From an uncultured delta proteobacterium (GTDB taxonomy: Bacteria > Myxococcota_A > Polyangia > Polyangiales > Polyangiaceae): DNA of 64,000 bases. Where the stretch lies: positions 64,001 through 128,000 of the forward strand of contig CAVQUB010000001.1 of assembly GCA_963716725.1 (NCBI GenBank), read 5' to 3'. Every line of letters begins with the position of its first letter. Within the stretch, counting starts at the first letter, position 1. Under the pieces are notes generated by a model. The model did no database searches and was not told where the DNA came from. It saw nothing but the letters and a program-made list of their open reading frames with translations. Shown here one piece after another: positions 10,262 to 19,434 of this stretch. The translations under genes and the position numbers were made by a program.

Positions 10262-11263
10262 ATGACGATCGCCGAACGCCACCACTTGCCAGTTGCCTCG
10301 CATCGCTTTCCTACGATGCTGCGTGCGCACGGGCGGAAACTGCCGTCGCGCGATGTCGTGACCACCTTGCAGGTCAACGTGGGCAAACGTTGCAATCAAG
10401 CCTGCAGACATTGCCACGTGGACGCTGGTCCGAACCGAAGCGAGAGCATGTCGGCAGAGGTCGCGAATAGGGTGATCCAGCTGTTGGCGGCGAGCCCTAG
10501 CGTCGCCACTCTGGACATTACCGGCGGTGCGCCAGAGCTGAACCCGAGCTTTCGCACCTTGGTCATGAAGGCCCGTGCACGCGGCGTCGAGGTCATCGAC
10601 CGGTGCAACCTCACGGTGCTCTTCGAACCCGAGATGGAAGGGCTTGCAGGGTTCTTGGCGGAGCAAGGCGTGCACGTCGTGGCGAGCCTGCCTTGCTACA
10701 CCGAGGAGAATGTCGATCGGCAGCGCGGTCGCGGCACGTTCGAAAAGAGCGTGCACGCCCTTCGGTTACTCAACTCGCTCGGCTATGCCGCCCGCGATGA
10801 GCTCCGGCTCGACTTGGTCTACAACCCTCTCGGCCCGTCGCTACCGCCACCGCAGGCGCCGCTCGAGCAGGACTACCGCGAGCGCCTCGCCGCGGACTTC
10901 GGCGTCGCGTTTTCCCGACTGCTCACCTTGACGAACATGCCGATCCACCGATTCGCGAACGACCTGGCGCGAACGGGTCGACAAGACGCCTACTGGGCCT
11001 TGCTCGAAGAGAGCTTCAACGCCGCGACGCTGCCGGGGCTGATGTGCCGCTCACTGGTCAGCGTCGACTATCGCGGCCAGCTCTTCGACTGCGATTTCAA
11101 CCAGGTGGTCGGGCTGCGCGCGGGGTCGGGGTCGGACTCGCCCTCGACGATCTGGGAGATCGACTGCCTCGATCAGCTGACTGGCTCGTCGATCGCCGTC
11201 GCCGACCACTGCCTGGGGTGTACCGCCGGGGCGGGTTCGAGCTGTTCGGGTTCACTCGCCTGA
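10262..11263 (+). CDS. arsS: arsenosugar-biosynthesis-type radical SAM protein with Cys-rich C-terminal domain (DUF3641)
   Basis: LQVNVGKRCNQACRHCHVDAGP (CxxxCxxC), DITGGAPELNP, ASLPCY, NMPIHRF, MCR...DCDFNQ, HCLGCTAGAGSSCSG. Confidence 0.92.
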   Translation: MTIAERHHLPVASHRFPTMLRAHGRKLPSRDVVTTLQVNVGKRCNQACRHCHVDAGPNRSESMSAEVANRVIQLLAASPSVATLDITGGAPELNPSFRTLVMKARARGVEVIDRCNLTVLFEPEMEGLAGFLAEQGVHVVASLPCYTEENVDRQRGRGTFEKSVHALRLLNSLGYAARDELRLDLVYNPLGPSLPPPQAPLEQDYRERLAADFGVAFSRLLTLTNMPIHRFANDLARTGRQDAYWALLEESFNAATLPGLMCRSLVSVDYRGQLFDCDFNQVVGLRAGSGSDSPSTIWEIDCLDQLTGSSIAVADHCLGCTAGAGSSCSGSLA

Positions 11264-11304
11264 AGATTTCGACGCGCCCGCGACCGAAACTCCGAAGCGA
11301 GGCG

Positions 11305-11517
11305 TCAGCGCCGGCTGGCGCGCCACGCATAGAGCGCGCCGAGAGCCGCAGCCGCCATGATCAGCCATCCCGAGATGAAGATCGGCTCGGACCTGGCGCC
11401 GAGCACGCTGACCAGACCGACGAGCGAAGCGGCGAAGGCCGCGGCGTACCAGGCCCTCGGTGAGGCGGGCCGCGGTGGCGTGAGCCGAAGGCGGCGCCGA
11501 AACTCTCGGTCACTCAT
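11305..11517 (-). CDS. small two-TM membrane protein
   Basis: ATGA overlap with the stop of 11514-13670; two hydrophobic segments in 70 aa. Confidence 0.55.
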   Translation of the reverse strand: MSDREFRRRLRLTPPRPASPRAWYAAAFAASLVGLVSVLGARSEPIFISGWLIMAAAALGALYAWRASRR

Positions 11518-13670
11518 TGAGACCTCGCGGCGCCTCGGCGCCAAGCGTGGAAGCGTTCCAACCACCCGAGCAGCCTTTCGGGGGCATGCGCCTTCTTCCA
11601 CGCCCCCGCGGCGTAGCGGTTTGCTTCGACGAGGGTCGGATAGATGTGGATCGTCCCGAGCAGTTTGTTCAGCCCGATGCGATGCCGCATCGCGAGCACG
11701 AATTCGGCGATGAGGTCGCCGGCGTGCTCGCCCACGATAGTGACGCCGAGGATGCGATCCTTGCCCGGCACGGTCAGCACCTTGACGAAGCCGTGGGCTT
11801 CTTCGTCAGCGATCGCTCGGTCCAAGTCGTCGATGTCGTAACGGGTCACTTCGTAGGCGATGGCCTTCTCCTGGGCCTCCTGTTCGCTCAGACCGACCCG
11901 CGCCACCTCGGGATCCACGAACGTGGCCCACGGAATGACGGAGTAGTCGGCGCGGAACTTCTTGAGAGGATCGAAGAGCGCGTTGACGGAGGCGTACCAA
12001 GCCTGGTGCGCGGCTGTGTGGGTGAACTGGAACGGGCCAGCGACGTCCCCAGCGGCATAGATGTTCGGGAAGCGCGTCTGGAGAAACTCGTTGACCTCGA
12101 CGGTGCGGGCCACCGGAACGCCCAGCTCCTCGAGACCGTAGCCCTTCACGTTTGCCGCTCGGCCCACGGCTACGAGCATTCGGTCGAACGGGATGCGCAC
12201 CTCGCGACCGGCGTGTTCGGCGACCAACTCGTTCTGTCCCTTCGCGACCTCGACACGCGTCGCGACGTGCTCGACCCGGACATCGATCCCCTCTTGCACG
12301 AAGCGGGCTCGGACGACCTCGGACACCTCGGGATCCTCCCGGGGCAACAGTCGCGGCAGCATCTCGACCTGCGTCACCCTCGACCCGAGGCGTGCGAAGG
12401 CTTGGGTCAGCTCCGAGCCGATGGGGCCTCCTCCGAGCACGACCAGGCGCGGGGGCAGCTCCCGGAGGTCCCACAGGTTGTCCGATGTCAGAACGTCGAT
12501 CTCGTCGAGGCCGGGGATCGGCGGAACGAACGGCCGCGCGCCGGCCGCGATCACGATGGAGCGTGTCGTGAGAGTGCGCTTGCCCGCGGGCAGTGTTACC
12601 TCGACGCTCCAGGGCGTCGTGATTTTGGCGCTGCCTTCGAGCACCTCGACCCCAAGCTCCGTGTACCGCTCGACCGAGTCGTGGGGCTCGATGGCTTTCA
12701 CGACGCGCTGGACGCGATCCATCACTTCACCGAAGTCGACCTCGGCGCTGGCGCTCTTGATGCCAAACTGCTTCGCGCGCGCGATGTGGGACAGGAACTT
12801 GGCGGATCGCAGCAGCGCCTTCGATGGCACGCAGCCCGTGTTCAGACAGTCTCCGCCCATCTTGTGCTTCTCGACGAGCGTGACTTTGGCTCTGAGAACC
12901 GCCGCGATGTACGCGGTCACCAGACCCGCACTCCCCGCGCCGATCACGACCATGTTGCGGTCGAAGCGCTTGGGCTTCTTCCATCCGGAATAGATCCGCC
13001 GCGCCGCGAGCCAGCTCGAGAGTTTCTTGGCGGCGAGGGGCAAGACGCCGAGCAACGCCAGGGAGCCCAACACGCCCGCCGACAGCACGTCTCCAATCGA
13101 CCCGAGCTCGGCCAGGCGCGTCCCCGCGTTCACGAAGACCACCGTGCCAGCGAGCATTCCGGCCTGGCTGACCCAAAAGAAGGTCCGGGTGCGGATCGAC
13201 GTGAGTCCCATCAGCAGGTTCACCACGAAGAAAGGAAACGCCGGCACCAGCCGGAGAGTGAACAAGTAGAACGCACCGTCTCGCTCGATGCCCCGATCGA
13301 CGGCCTCGAGTTGGTTCGCGAAGCGCTCCGCAACCCAGTCGCGGAGCACGAAGCGGGAGATCAAGAAAGCGAGCGTGGCCCCGATAGTCGACGCGATCGA
13401 CACGAGCAACGTACCCCACACGACACCGAACAGCGCTCCAGCACCGAGCGTCATGACCGCGGCCCCGGGGAGCGATAGCGCCGTCACGGCGATGTAGACG
13501 GCGACGAAGAGCGCGCCCGCCCGCACCGGGCTTGCGCTCGCAAGCTCCGCAAGACGAACGCGGTTCGCCTTCAAAACGTCGAAGTCGAGGCTGCGGCCCA
13601 GGTCGAACACGAAAAAGATCGCGACGGCGCAAACCAACGCCAGAGCGATCAGTACCCTCTTGGTGCTCAT
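11514..13670 (-). CDS. VTT/DedA (SNARE-associated) membrane domain fused to a pyridine nucleotide-disulfide oxidoreductase (MerA/Lpd-like)
   Basis: N-term ALSLPGA...LRLVPAFPFFVVN (VTT); VIGAGSAG, GGDCLNTGCVPSK, VLGGGPIG, IYAAGDV, IHIYPT. Confidence 0.92.
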   Translation of the reverse strand: MSTKRVLIALALVCAVAIFFVFDLGRSLDFDVLKANRVRLAELASASPVRAGALFVAVYIAVTALSLPGAAVMTLGAGALFGVVWGTLLVSIASTIGATLAFLISRFVLRDWVAERFANQLEAVDRGIERDGAFYLFTLRLVPAFPFFVVNLLMGLTSIRTRTFFWVSQAGMLAGTVVFVNAGTRLAELGSIGDVLSAGVLGSLALLGVLPLAAKKLSSWLAARRIYSGWKKPKRFDRNMVVIGAGSAGLVTAYIAAVLRAKVTLVEKHKMGGDCLNTGCVPSKALLRSAKFLSHIARAKQFGIKSASAEVDFGEVMDRVQRVVKAIEPHDSVERYTELGVEVLEGSAKITTPWSVEVTLPAGKRTLTTRSIVIAAGARPFVPPIPGLDEIDVLTSDNLWDLRELPPRLVVLGGGPIGSELTQAFARLGSRVTQVEMLPRLLPREDPEVSEVVRARFVQEGIDVRVEHVATRVEVAKGQNELVAEHAGREVRIPFDRMLVAVGRAANVKGYGLEELGVPVARTVEVNEFLQTRFPNIYAAGDVAGPFQFTHTAAHQAWYASVNALFDPLKKFRADYSVIPWATFVDPEVARVGLSEQEAQEKAIAYEVTRYDIDDLDRAIADEEAHGFVKVLTVPGKDRILGVTIVGEHAGDLIAEFVLAMRHRIGLNKLLGTIHIYPTLVEANRYAAGAWKKAHAPERLLGWLERFHAWRRGAARSQ

Positions 13671-14316
13671 TCCTTCGACCCCACCGGACTCATACGGCTG
13701 AAACCGAGCGGCCGTTTCGCCTTTTCTGCACGGATGGACAAGCCGGGCGGGTTGGTGTTTGAGTGGCGATGCCCAGCATCAGCGCCACGGAAACCACCAG
13801 CACGACCAGCACCTGTTGCTGTTTGCCCTGTTGCTTCTTGCCCCGGCGCGTCGGGGCGGGGGCAGCTGCGCGTTGGCGCTCGCGGTTCTGGCGTTTCTGG
13901 GCTCCCTGGGACGCCAACGCGGGCGTGGCCGTTGTGATTGGCAATGGGCAGCTCTGGGTTCGGAAAGCGCCCCTCGGCGTCTGGGCCCGAACGGTCGGCT
14001 ACGCCATGCGCGTGCTTGAGAGCACGCGTCCAGCCGCGCGACTTGAACGCCTGGTCGACGCCGCACGCTACGCAAAGCACCGAGCCCCCGCAGCCCACCG
14101 AGCCGCCCGTGTGGCAGACGCGCCCACGCGTTCATGCGACCTCTCAGATGGGAGGTGCGGCTGGATCCTGCATCCCGCTAGGCTGGGGGAGGAGCCATTC
14201 CAACTTGGGGTCGGTCCCGACGGAGTGGAAACTCTACTTCACCCACCCCATCCACTTGGCCCCCGACCGAACCGCGGGGGGCGCGCCCCCAAAGGGGCTG
14301 AAAGCAGAGCTTCGTC

Positions 14317-15483
14317 ATGTACAAGGTCCTCACGGGATTGCTGACCCTGGCGCTCGCGCTCGGGCTAGTCGGCTGTGGCTCGGACTCGGAGGGCAACCCA
14401 GCAGCTGGCGGCGCGGCGGGAGCCGGCGGCACGGGTGGGAGCAGCGGAGCGCTGACGTTTGCCCTCACGCGCGTCGAACTCAACCAGTCCGTTCCCAAGC
14501 CGCTGTTCGACAAGGGGCAGCCGGTGACCAGTACGGTGCCGGCGTTGGCGGACCGGCCCGGCCTGCTGCGGATCTTCTACGACGCCCAAGGCGACGTCAG
14601 CCAGAAGCTCGAGATCACGGTAGCCATCGGCAGCCAGACGGTGACTCAGATGAGGCAGGCCAAAGCGGGCAACTCCCTCGCGGCGGATCTAACCACGACG
14701 CTGAACGTCGATCTGCTTGGCGTCCACCTGCCGGCTGGCGAGCAGCCCTTTTCGGTGGACGTGAAGATCGCGGGCAGCGACGCCACGCTGGCGCGCTTCC
14801 CGGCCACCGGAACTACGCCACTGAAACTCGAAAAGACCGGAACCATGGATCTGGTGCTGCTGTTGTTTCAGTACGACGCAGACGGCTCGGGTCGCACCCC
14901 GAACCTGGACGCCGCCGCCAGGATGAAAATTGGGGCGGCCCAGCAGGCGCTGTTTCCGGTCGCAGCCGTCAACGTCTCGGTGGCGGGGCCGATTCCGTGG
15001 GCCCAAACCGTGAGTGCAACCGGTCAGGGCTGGTCCGGGCTGATGACGGAAGTACAGCAGGCCCGCAGCGCCGCGGCGGTTCCGGACAACACCTTCTACC
15101 TGGGGCTGGTCCAACCCGCGGCGGACCACGAAGCGTGGTGCGCAAACGGCTGCATCCGGTCAATGGCCTCGCAGCCCAAGAACTTCGACCCGGGTTCTCA
15201 ATTCGGAGTCGGCGTCTACGCTCCGGGCGCCGACGTGAACTACTCGTGGGTCCTGGGCAGCGCCCACGGACGCATGACTGCGGGCTGCGCATCGGGCTCC
15301 GCCGACCCCGCCTTTCCTCACAAGAACGGCCAAATTGGCGGTTACGGCTACGACTCCGTCGGCCAGGTGCTTTACCCGTCGACCACCTCCGACTTCATGA
15401 CCGAGTGTGCGACGCCACACTGGGTCAGTGACTACACCTTCACCGCGCTCTACGATCGGTGGCGCTTGATTCTGGGGAGCTAG
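14317..15483 (+). CDS. lipoprotein with peptidase M66-like domain and degenerate zinc motif
   Basis: Lipobox LVGC; C-term GRxxAGC...DPAFPHKNGQIGGYGYD...DFMTEC..WVSDYTF resembles the M66-like tail, but the HExxH site reads WVLGS. Confidence 0.7.
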   Translation: MYKVLTGLLTLALALGLVGCGSDSEGNPAAGGAAGAGGTGGSSGALTFALTRVELNQSVPKPLFDKGQPVTSTVPALADRPGLLRIFYDAQGDVSQKLEITVAIGSQTVTQMRQAKAGNSLAADLTTTLNVDLLGVHLPAGEQPFSVDVKIAGSDATLARFPATGTTPLKLEKTGTMDLVLLLFQYDADGSGRTPNLDAAARMKIGAAQQALFPVAAVNVSVAGPIPWAQTVSATGQGWSGLMTEVQQARSAAAVPDNTFYLGLVQPAADHEAWCANGCIRSMASQPKNFDPGSQFGVGVYAPGADVNYSWVLGSAHGRMTAGCASGSADPAFPHKNGQIGGYGYDSVGQVLYPSTTSDFMTECATPHWVSDYTFTALYDRWRLILGS

Positions 15484-15668
15484 CATGGGCCGCCAGGCCC
15501 GCCCCGAGAAACGCTCGGGCGCTCTGGCCCCGTCCGCTACGGTCAGCTTTTTGACGAGCCCAATGCGACCAGAGCCGTTCGCGCGAAAACACGGCGAGAG
15601 GGAAGCCAGCGGCAACGTGACCCATCAGCGACGCCGGGATGCGGGTCGCGAAGAATCGTGCGTGGGGA

Positions 15669-16413
15669 TCAGCCCAGCGTTTTCTTGAAGTCCGCAGGCG
15701 TCATGGCCTCGAGCGGCAGCGCAAAGATGTCGCGGTGGGTACCGAGGTGCTCGAGGGCCCTGGCGAGATACGCCCGCGCGGGGACGCGCTGCGCGCGGCA
15801 GGTGGCGATGAAGCCGAGGAGCACGCAGGCGCGGTGGGCCCCTTCGGTGCTACCGGCGAAGAGCGTGTCGAGGCGGAGCTTGGCGACGTTCTGGAACTCG
15901 CGCTCGGTGGGAGAGTTGTCGATGGGGACCAGGGGGTCGTCGACGAAACGGAAGGGCGCGTCCCGGTGGTTCTTGTAGTACCGAATTGCCGCCCCCAGCG
16001 GGTCGGAGGGCAAGAGCGTCGGTTCCACCGCGTCGCGCCAGCTCTCGAAGTCCTGGATAGTGGGGCGAAGATGCCGCTGCCGCTGTTCGCGGAGCGCATC
16101 GCCGACGAGGCCGAGCTTCTGCGCCTTCTCCTCCTCGCCGTAGATCGCCCCGAGCACGCGGCTCGAGGTGAAGACGTCGTTGAAGCGATGCTCGGCGTCG
16201 GCAGTGAGGGTGCCGCGGAAGGCCTGAGCTTCGCGGCGACGACGTCGCCGCTTTTGTCGGGCTCGTACTGGAAGACGGCGACGTCGTTGTTTCGATAGAG
16301 CTCCACGTAGCCGTTGTGCGCGGCGCCGGACGGCGACGGCGAGGGCGTCGAACGAACCGCGCATGTCGAGCGGGGCCACCGCCACGAACACGCGCCGGAT
16401 GCAGGCTCAGCAC
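15669..16413 (-). pseudogene. tnpC: IS66 tnpB N-terminus joined by deletion to fragments of tnpC transposase
   Basis: FVAVAPLDMRGSFDAL (TnpB); VAVFQYEPDKSG..FRGTLTADA; PLGAAIRYY..PIDNSPTERE..LFAGSTEGA (TnpC); frameshifts present. Confidence 0.85.
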
Positions 16414-16766
16414 GAGCGCACAGCCTCGAGCACCCGGCGCAGCGCCGCGACTGAGACCTCGTCACCGAACTCGATGCGCGCTCCGGCGACCTCGACGACG
16501 TACCGGCCCGCGGTGGACCCGCCGACGCCGCGCGCAGCGGGAACGAGCTCGACCAGCCCGCGCGCTGTCGGGGTGGCCCGCGGCGTTCGCCGTCGCGGAC
16601 CAGCGGGCGACCCTCGCCGTCCGAGGTTGGTCTGCCACGCGCGGAGCGAGCGCCCGTCGATGTCGTGCGCCCGGGCCCACTCTCCGGCGCTCAGGCCCCG
16701 ACGCTTCGCCGCGAGAAGGCACCGCCGCGCCTCCGCCTCGTCCTCGATCTTTCGTCCGTTTGCCAC
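16407..16766 (-). CDS. tnpA: IS66 accessory protein TnpA-like
   Basis: GLSAGEWARAHDIDGRSLRAW HTH and LVELVP...VEVAGARIEF...ALRRVLEAVRSC, overlapping the tnpB start. Confidence 0.75.
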   Translation of the reverse strand: MANGRKIEDEAEARRCLLAAKRRGLSAGEWARAHDIDGRSLRAWQTNLGRRGSPAGPRRRTPRATPTARGLVELVPAARGVGGSTAGRYVVEVAGARIEFGDEVSVAALRRVLEAVRSC

Positions 16767-16954
16767 TGATGACCTCCGCTCCGCAGCCGCGCCTCGCGGC
16801 CGAGGCGACGGAAGTCATCCCGGCGTCGCTGATGGGTCACTCAGCGACGCGCACTCCGATCGCACGAGCCCGGTGCGTGTCCCGAGCGGGCTGCACCCGG
16901 GGAGCGATCCCTTGACGGCTCCCGCGCTGCCGACGATCGCCGAGTCATACCCAC

Positions 16955-17773
16955 CTACCGGCTCGGCAGTTCGCGTGGCTTGCGACCCAGCAACGAGGCG
17001 AGCGTCGGCGGGCTGTCAACCATGATGGCGTGAGCGCGCCCGTCCAAGGCTCGTACGAATTCTTCGAGCGTAACGACCTGATAAACGGCCAACTGCCTGC
17101 TGAGGCCAACCACGATGTCACCAACCCAGGGCTCAACCGTGCGGATGGGCATGAGCACCCAAGGCATTTCGTGACGACTCGCGTTGCTGATGCTCTCCGT
17201 CGAAGAATCGTCCCATCCGCCGATGATGCCGTCGACCTGCCGCGTCGCAATTCGACGTAGCGCCGTGTCGCTGTAGCTGATGATGACAATCTTGTCGGCA
17301 AACCCTGACGCGAGCACCGCGTCGACGGCATCGTCCACCTGCGCCACGATCTCGTCTTCCGGGGGAGTGGAGTCCTCGGGCACTTTGATTTCCAGGAAAA
17401 CGATCTTGAAGAGCCCGTCGATCGACCCGAGCATCTCGCCCAGCGTCACGACGCTTTCGCCGTTGCTCAGTGAGCATGAACGGATCTCTTCGAGCGTATA
17501 GTCCTGCACGCGACCGGCACAGTTGGTCATTCGGTCCACAGTTTCGTCATGCATGACTACATTGCGACCGTCCCGCGTCTGCTGAACGTCGAACTCAATG
17601 CCGTCTGCACCCTGTTCATACGCCAACTCGAAACCTGCCAGTGAGTTCTCGGGTGCCTGCAGCGGACTGCCGCGATGTCCGATGAGTAGAACATCGTCGT
17701 AGAACTCTGGGCCGCAGCCGATGGCCAGCATTGCGAAGACCGCGGTGAGTCCGAAGCGGAAGCGTCCTGTCAT
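16955..17773 (-). CDS. glycerophosphodiester phosphodiesterase family lipoprotein
   Basis: Lipobox LAIGC; IGHRG, PENSLAGF, GADGIEFDVQQTRDG, VMHD, FLEIK. Confidence 0.9.
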   Translation of the reverse strand: MTGRFRFGLTAVFAMLAIGCGPEFYDDVLLIGHRGSPLQAPENSLAGFELAYEQGADGIEFDVQQTRDGRNVVMHDETVDRMTNCAGRVQDYTLEEIRSCSLSNGESVVTLGEMLGSIDGLFKIVFLEIKVPEDSTPPEDEIVAQVDDAVDAVLASGFADKIVIISYSDTALRRIATRQVDGIIGGWDDSSTESISNASRHEMPWVLMPIRTVEPWVGDIVVGLSRQLAVYQVVTLEEFVRALDGRAHAIMVDSPPTLASLLGRKPRELPSR

Positions 17774-18447
17774 GGAAGGTATACCCCCAGGTGAAATCCT
17801 CCCTGGACGGTCAGCGGCACGCCGGGTCGCAGGACATGGCTCTCTGTCTTCTCCTGCAAGGTCTGCCGGAAGATCCAGTTGCCCGTCATTTCAGCTCCGA
17901 GCACGTAGCGATCCAACACTCGAGCCTCAAACCCAAGCCCTGTCACGAGCTGGTGGCTGAAAAGATGAATGCCCTGCGGCAATGCGGCGACGGCGAGAGC
18001 ATACCCGGCGGTCGCGTAGGGCGTCAGCGCCGCTCGAGGGAAGATGGGGACCGATAGCGCGCCGGCCATCGAATGCTGTGTTCTGTAACCGTAGGTCACG
18101 GTTGCTCGGAGGTACTCCCACGGAACCAGGGTCAGGCTCGGTCCGAGACCATCGCGATGAACCGAGCCGACGTGCAACCCCACGCGAAATGGGCCTGGCC
18201 CGTCGTCGTAGGCTGTCGCGAATGGGTTTTCGAACTTCCATGCTTCCCGGGGACCGGGTCGTGCCCCACCTGATGCTGGCGTCGACGCAGTCGCTGCAGA
18301 CGACCCCTCGGGACGATCATTGCCTGCCGCTAGCGACGGACGTAGCTCCAGCGTGGAGCTGGCGATGACGACCGCGCCGGCCAAAAGCGCCATCGGGCGC
18401 CTGCGCGTTTCGCGCGTGCAACTAGAGCGCGCCTTCATGTCTTCCAT
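17770..18447 (-). CDS. putative small outer-membrane beta-barrel protein
   Basis: Signal-like N-terminus; amphipathic strands (LTPYATAGY, VTGLGFEARV, GGFHLGVYLP); 4-bp overlap with the GDPD gene. Confidence 0.6.
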   Translation of the reverse strand: MEDMKARSSCTRETRRRPMALLAGAVVIASSTLELRPSLAAGNDRPEGSSAATASTPASGGARPGPREAWKFENPFATAYDDGPGPFRVGLHVGSVHRDGLGPSLTLVPWEYLRATVTYGYRTQHSMAGALSVPIFPRAALTPYATAGYALAVAALPQGIHLFSHQLVTGLGFEARVLDRYVLGAEMTGNWIFRQTLQEKTESHVLRPGVPLTVQGGFHLGVYLP

Positions 18448-18456
18448 ACGTGGGCT

Positions 18457-19149
18457 CTAGCCCAGGTGGTCGTCCTTTGCGCTCAAGGCGCGTCGGGCAG
18501 CGGACAGAGCTGCAATCACGCCGATTGCGTTCATGACTCCGAGGATGCCGACACCTGCAAGCAGCAAAGCGTGGGGCACCACCGGGCTGAAGTCCACAGT
18601 TCCGAGTGCCAAACAACACAGCAGCAGGATGGTGCGCTCAGGACGCCGCATGAACAGTGCCGGCAGCTGAGTGCCCAGCGCCTCGGCGCGGGCGCGCACG
18701 TAGCTCACGCCGAAACCGAATACGAGCGCGCCAACGGGAATCAATGCCAAGCGATCGTACACGAGATAGAGCGATGCGACGCCGATCAGCGGAAAGGCGT
18801 CCGCGAAGCGATCGACGGTGGAGTCGAGCAGTGCGCCCCAGCGCGACGAGGTGCCCGTTGCCCGCGCCACGACGCCGTCAAGGGCGTCGAACACGCCGCC
18901 GACCAAGACCAGGGTGGTGGCGCCCCACAGGTGTCCCGTGGCTACGGCGACGCCTGCCGCGGCGGACAGCGCCAGCGCCAGGATGGTGAGCGCGTTGGCG
19001 CTGATGCCCGCGCGCGCGAGAGCGCGCCCCAAAGCGCTGATCAGAGAGTAGCCGACGTGCGCCAGCTGCACGTCTTGCCACACCGTGCCGCGCAACCGCT
19101 GCGCGGTTGGATCGTTCGGCAGGATGTCAGAGTCTGTTAGAATTTGCAT
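18457..19149 (-). CDS. CDP-alcohol phosphatidyltransferase family protein
   Basis: ANALT and DALDGVVARATGTSSRWGALLDSTVDRFAD signature; SYVRARAEALG, MRRPER. Confidence 0.92.
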   Translation of the reverse strand: MQILTDSDILPNDPTAQRLRGTVWQDVQLAHVGYSLISALGRALARAGISANALTILALALSAAAGVAVATGHLWGATTLVLVGGVFDALDGVVARATGTSSRWGALLDSTVDRFADAFPLIGVASLYLVYDRLALIPVGALVFGFGVSYVRARAEALGTQLPALFMRRPERTILLLCCLALGTVDFSPVVPHALLLAGVGILGVMNAIGVIAALSAARRALSAKDDHLG

Positions 19150-19174
19150 ATTCGATCCGGGTTGCCGTCGAACC

Positions 19175-19190
19175 TGCACATGCCGTTCCA
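19175..19190 (-). promoter_or_regulatory. putative sigma54 -24/-12 promoter (phosphatidyltransferase operon)
   Basis: Minus strand TGGAACGGCATGTGCA, GG-N10-GC. Confidence 0.6.
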
Positions 19191-19277
19191 CAGAACCCCT
19201 TGAGCTTCTCTGACCCCGCGGAGCTTCGGGGCCAAGCCGACCGATGCGTAAGCTTTCATGCCACGTGGCGGTTTCAC

Positions 19278-19311
19278 TGCGGATTGCGCACTACGCGCTG
19301 CGAGATCCGCA
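19278..19311. promoter_or_regulatory. tandem palindromic enhancer (putative EBP binding sites)
   Basis: TGCGGATTGCGCA (19278) and TGCGAGATCCGCA (19299), 21 bp apart. Confidence 0.65.
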
Positions 19312-19385
19312 GTACCTGGCTGCGAGCAGAGGGAGAAGGACCTACGTGGCTGCGCCCGGCGTTCTCCCTGTGCGCAGATAGCCAC

Positions 19386-19401
19386 CGGCATGGAGCGTGC
19401 A
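19386..19401 (+). promoter_or_regulatory. putative sigma54 -24/-12 promoter (CBS gene)
   Basis: CGGCATGGAGCGTGCA, GG-N10-GC. Confidence 0.55.
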
Positions 19402-19434
19402 TTGACACCTCCTGAAAAGCACAGGAGTCAAGAG

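Larger units (their letters stand above)
15617..16840 (-). mobile_element. internally deleted IS66-family element with intact 25-bp terminal inverted repeats
   Basis: GTGACCCATCAGCGACGCCGGGATG at 15617-15641 and its exact reverse complement at 16816-16840; tnpA plus tnpB/tnpC fragments inside. Confidence 0.9.

Noticed and set aside
11514..13670. merA (mercuric reductase)
   Set aside because: Lacks the C-terminal Cys-Cys pair and HMA domain, and there is no mer operon context.
13690..14310. Small ORFs between the reductase and the lipoprotein gene
   Set aside because: Several overlapping candidates on both strands, none with a convincing start or motif; one has a TM-like stretch only.
15486..15532. 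Intrinsic terminator after the M66-like gene
   Set aside because: An imperfect GC hairpin is present but there is no adjacent U-tract.
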